A stretch of 29,877 nt of DNA. Source: a virus. Lineage: Duplodnaviria > Caudoviricetes. The translations under genes and the position numbers were made by a program. Positions 26,480 through 29,877 of this stretch are shown here, one piece after another. Position 1 is the stretch's first letter; each line of letters starts with the position of its first letter. A model generated the notes under the pieces. That model saw nothing but the letters and a program-made list of their open reading frames with translations, had not been told where the DNA came from and made no database searches. The stretch is from the IMG/VR virus record IMGVR_UViG_3300020042_009493, positions 1 through 29,877 of that record. One strand, 5' to 3'.

Positions 26480-27389
26480 AATTGAACTTAAAATAAAAAA
26501 TTATATTGCTCCTGAAATAAATCACGCTTTTCAAAAAAGCGTTTCTTATTCTCAATATTCAATGTGGGCTACCTGTCCTCATAGATGGGCTTTAAAATAT
26601 ATTGAAAATAAAGAACCATACCAAGCTAGTATTCATACTGTGTTTGGAACAGCATTTCATGAAACATTACAGGATTACCTTAAAGTAATGTATGGAGAAA
26701 GTGGAGCTAATGCTGATAGAATGGATTTAATCTCACTATTTCAATCTAAATTTTCAGAAGTATACTCTAAAGAATATAAAGCATCAGGAGCTCATTTTAC
26801 TACAGCGGAACAAATGGGTGAGTTCTTTGATGATGCTCAGGCAATACTAAAATATATTCAAAAGAATAGAAATAAAATATTTACTATTCGTAAAATGAGA
26901 TTATTAGGTATTGAATTACCTCTATTATTAAAGATAGAAAACAACATATACTATAAAGCATTTATTGATTTTGCATTATATGATGAAGATTTAAATAAAG
27001 TTTATATATATGACATCAAAACCTCGACACGTGGATGGAGCGACAGTGAGAAAAGAGACGATCAAAAAGTTGCTCAAATCTTATTATACAAAGAATATTT
27101 CGCAAGACAATTCGGATGGGATATTGAGCAAATCGAAGTCGAATTCCTTATTGTTAAGCGCAAAATCTATGAAAAAGCTGAGTATCCAATTCCCAGGCTT
27201 CAATCCTTTAGACCCGCTAGTGGAAAAAACAAACGACGAAACGCCGTAGATAATTTTCAAGCGTTTGTAAAAGATTGCTTTGATGAAGTTGGAAAACCAC
27301 AAATAAAATCATATCTTAAAAATGTAGGTGAAAAATCATGTAAGTGGTGTCCCTATAAAGATGATTTAAGTCTTTGTGATAAAAAATAA
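26457..27389 (+). CDS. PD-(D/E)xK nuclease, Cas4/RecB-like with Fe-S cysteines
   Basis: SYSQ...CP, FGTAFHE, IE, ID....YDIKT, Q..LY, C-terminal CKWCPY....C. Confidence 0.85.
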   Translation: MAKKKYTEIELKIKNYIAPEINHAFQKSVSYSQYSMWATCPHRWALKYIENKEPYQASIHTVFGTAFHETLQDYLKVMYGESGANADRMDLISLFQSKFSEVYSKEYKASGAHFTTAEQMGEFFDDAQAILKYIQKNRNKIFTIRKMRLLGIELPLLLKIENNIYYKAFIDFALYDEDLNKVYIYDIKTSTRGWSDSEKRDDQKVAQILLYKEYFARQFGWDIEQIEVEFLIVKRKIYEKAEYPIPRLQSFRPASGKNKRRNAVDNFQAFVKDCFDEVGKPQIKSYLKNVGEKSCKWCPYKDDLSLCDKK

Positions 27390-27431
27390 CGTCTTCATAT
27401 AGACGTATATATTTATATCAAATATAATATT

Positions 27432-27626
27432 ATGGGAAACAAAATGCAATTAACAAGTGTAAAAGTTCCTGAAGATTTATTTGAGCAATTTAAAATTGCT
27501 TGTGTAAGATACAAATTCAGCGTACAAAAATTAACAGAGCGCTCTATGTTCTTATACTTAACAAATGAAGACTTCAGAAAAAATATTCACAATCAATTAG
27601 ACACAGAATTTACTGGAAGTATTTAA
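27432..27626 (+). CDS. Ribbon-helix-helix-like DNA-binding protein
   Basis: LTSVKVPEDLFEQFK has an alternating beta-strand followed by a helix; 64 aa. Confidence 0.6.
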   Translation: MGNKMQLTSVKVPEDLFEQFKIACVRYKFSVQKLTERSMFLYLTNEDFRKNIHNQLDTEFTGSI

Positions 27627-27636
27627 AAACAGTTTT

Positions 27637-29127
27637 ATGAAAGAAGGTTATATTCCTAAGGAACAACGCAAGAAAATAATGATATTATGTGATGATATCA
27701 GAATGACTAGTGGTATTTCTACAATGGCGAGAGAAATCGTTATTGGTACCGCTCACCACTACAATTGGGTAAATGTAGGAGGAGCTATTAATCACCCTGA
27801 TAAAGGTAAACAATTTGATCTCAGTGAAGATACGGGAAATAATACTGGTATAAAAGATGCTAGTGTTACCTTATACCCTATAGACGGGTATGGTTCCCCA
27901 GAATTAATTCGTCAATTAATTCAATTGGAAAAACCAAATGCAATTATGTTCTTTACTGACCCAAGATATTGGGTTTGGTTATTTCAAATGGAACATGAAA
28001 TAAGGAAAACAATGCCTATGATTTATCTTAACATATGGGATGATTTACCTTATCCAATGTATAATAAATCATTTTATGAATCATGTGATACATTGTTTGC
28101 CATCAGTAAACAAACAGAAAACATTAATAGGTGTGTTTTAGGAGCAGAAGTATCAGCTGAAAAAAATATTAAATATGTTCCTCATGGAATAAACGAAAAT
28201 ATATTCTTTCCAATTGATTCATCTCATCCAGAATATCTTGCATTACAAGATTTTAAAAAACAAGTATACGGAAATAAAGAATATGACTTTAATCTTCTTT
28301 ATAATGCAAGAAATATTCGCCGCAAATCAGTTCCTGATTTAATGTTAGCTTGGAAAATATTCATTGATACATTACCTGAAGATAAAGCCAAAAAGTGTGC
28401 TTTAACACTTCATACTCAACCCATAGACGAGAATGGAACTGATTTATATGCCGTACAACAAATGTTATTTGGTAATGATTCTAAATACAATATCGTATAT
28501 TCAAATGGGCGTTATCCATCAAATGTAATGAATTTACTTTACAATTCAGCAGATGGTGTTGCTCTAGTTTCATCTAATGAAGGATGGGGATTATCACTTA
28601 CAGAAGGAATGATGTGTGGTAAACCAATTATAGCTACTGTAACTGGTGGAATGCAAGATCAAATGCGTTTTGAGGATGAAAACGGTAAATGGATTAAATT
28701 TACAGAAGAATTTGGTTCAAATCATAGAGGTAAATATAAAAAGCATGGTAAATGGGCTTACCCTGTATTTCCAAGCAATATTAGCTTAATTGGCTCGGTT
28801 CCTACACCTTATATATTTGATGATAGAGCTAATCCTCATGATATAGCTGATCAAATTAAAGAATTATATGCTTTAAAAACAGATCAAGTTGATGAATTTA
28901 GTTCTCATACTAGAGGATTTGAAACGTACGAGGAAGTAAGCAAAGCTGCTTATGAATGGGTAACATCAGATGAATCAATGCAATCAGCAAAAAATATGTG
29001 TAAGAATGTAATTGATGGTATTGATGAAACATTTGATAAATGGGAACCAAGGTATGCTTTTGAATTAATTAAAGTAGAACCACTAGAACAACCAAAACAT
29101 TTTGTAAAACAAGTTATAGCACAATAA
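27637..29127 (+). CDS. GT-B glycosyltransferase (GT4-like)
   Basis: DD....SG, VPHG, RN.RRK, EGWGLSLTEGM.CGKPII...TGG. Confidence 0.88.
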   Translation: MKEGYIPKEQRKKIMILCDDIRMTSGISTMAREIVIGTAHHYNWVNVGGAINHPDKGKQFDLSEDTGNNTGIKDASVTLYPIDGYGSPELIRQLIQLEKPNAIMFFTDPRYWVWLFQMEHEIRKTMPMIYLNIWDDLPYPMYNKSFYESCDTLFAISKQTENINRCVLGAEVSAEKNIKYVPHGINENIFFPIDSSHPEYLALQDFKKQVYGNKEYDFNLLYNARNIRRKSVPDLMLAWKIFIDTLPEDKAKKCALTLHTQPIDENGTDLYAVQQMLFGNDSKYNIVYSNGRYPSNVMNLLYNSADGVALVSSNEGWGLSLTEGMMCGKPIIATVTGGMQDQMRFEDENGKWIKFTEEFGSNHRGKYKKHGKWAYPVFPSNISLIGSVPTPYIFDDRANPHDIADQIKELYALKTDQVDEFSSHTRGFETYEEVSKAAYEWVTSDESMQSAKNMCKNVIDGIDETFDKWEPRYAFELIKVEPLEQPKHFVKQVIAQ

Positions 29128-29128
29128 T

Positions 29129-29877
29129 ATGAAACCACTATTAGTTATAAGCTGCCCGATTGATACCTTCTCAGGGTATGGAGCTAGATCAAGAGATATC
29201 GCTTTAGTAATTATTAAATCAGATAAGTATGATGTAAAAATACTATCACAGCGTTGGGGAGCTACTCCGTTTGGGTTTCTTCAAAAAGACAACCCAGATC
29301 ATAAATTGATACTTGATTGTATCTGGGGGCAACCTCAACTTCCTAAACAACCCGATTGCTGGATTCAGATTACAGTACCAAATGAATTCCAGCCTGTAGG
29401 TAAATTTAATATTGGAATGACAGCCGGTATTGAAACAACAATATGTGCTCCCCAGTGGATTGACGGATTAAATAGAATGAATCTAAATCTAGTCTCTTCA
29501 GAACATACTAAGAAAGTATTTGAAAACAGTGTATTTAACGAAAAAAATCAACAAGATCAAGTACTTCGCTCTATTAAACTAGAAAAACCAATAGAAGTAT
29601 TATTTGAAGGAGTAAATACAGATATATACAAAAAATTAAAATCAGTAAATACACTAAATGAATTAGATACTATTAAAGAAGATTTTAACTATCTATATGT
29701 AGGTCACTGGTTACAAGGAGAAATAGGACAAGATAGAAAAGATACAGGTATGTTAGTTAAAACATTCCTAGAAACATTTAAAAATAAAAAACAACGTCCT
29801 GGTCTTATCCTTAAAACATCTGCTGGGAATTACTCTATAATGGATAGAGACAGTATGTTAGAGAAAATTAGGCAGAT
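29129..29877 (+). CDS. Second GT-B glycosyltransferase, 3'-truncated by the window edge
   Basis: ATG at 29129: MKPLLVISCPIDTFSGYGARSRD...TVPNEF...TAGIET...YVGHW...DRK; frame open to the window end. Confidence 0.75.
   Translation, partial: MKPLLVISCPIDTFSGYGARSRDIALVIIKSDKYDVKILSQRWGATPFGFLQKDNPDHKLILDCIWGQPQLPKQPDCWIQITVPNEFQPVGKFNIGMTAGIETTICAPQWIDGLNRMNLNLVSSEHTKKVFENSVFNEKNQQDQVLRSIKLEKPIEVLFEGVNTDIYKKLKSVNTLNELDTIKEDFNYLYVGHWLQGEIGQDRKDTGMLVKTFLETFKNKKQRPGLILKTSAGNYSIMDRDSMLEKIRQ

Noticed and set aside
26457-27389. Cas4-like nuclease as evidence for CRISPR-Cas
   Set aside because: No repeat-spacer array or other cas genes are present; solo Cas4-like nucleases are common in phages.
3261-29138. 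Minus-strand and nested alternative-frame ORFs in the track (3261, 4443, 7184, 9867, 13512, 15818, 18787, 20083, 22851, 27010, 27084, 28950)
   Set aside because: They lie within or opposite well-supported + strand genes and have no recognisable motifs, so they are shadow ORFs.
1-29877. Cellular chromosome origin (suggested by groEL, folE, que genes and recA) or alternative genetic code
   Set aside because: The T4-like SSB, clamp, clamp loader and PolB, together with single-strand dense packing, indicate a phage. Genes are intact under the standard code, with TAA, TAG and TGA all used as stops.

Overview
AT-rich, gene-dense window with all credible genes on the + strand. It reads as the DNA replication and nucleotide metabolism region of a large tailed phage with T4-like replisome genes. 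The host is probably Bacteroidota, based on TTTG-N19/20-TAnnTTTG-type promoters and few Shine-Dalgarno sites. It encodes two DNA polymerases: a short, degenerate family A enzyme and a full family B enzyme. Other replication genes are a gp32-like SSB, RecA/UvsX, a 5'-3' exonuclease, a DnaB/gp41 helicase, a sliding clamp and both clamp-loader subunits. Nucleotide metabolism genes are thioredoxin, a class II ribonucleotide reductase and a dUTPase/dCTP deaminase. A 7-deazaguanine cluster contains queD, a divergent TGT/DpdA-like gene, a frameshifted and apparently zinc-free queC, a queE with a long insertion, folE and a purine phosphoribosyltransferase. The window also holds an Hsp20-GroES-GroEL cassette, a Cas4-like nuclease and two glycosyltransferases. 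Three accessory inserts share an I/L-x-E N-terminal leader. One is an ADP-ribosyltransferase-like plus kinase-like fusion, and one left a duplicated relic of the clamp-loader 3' end. No tRNA, rRNA or CRISPR array was seen. All product calls come from motif recognition by eye; no database searches were run.
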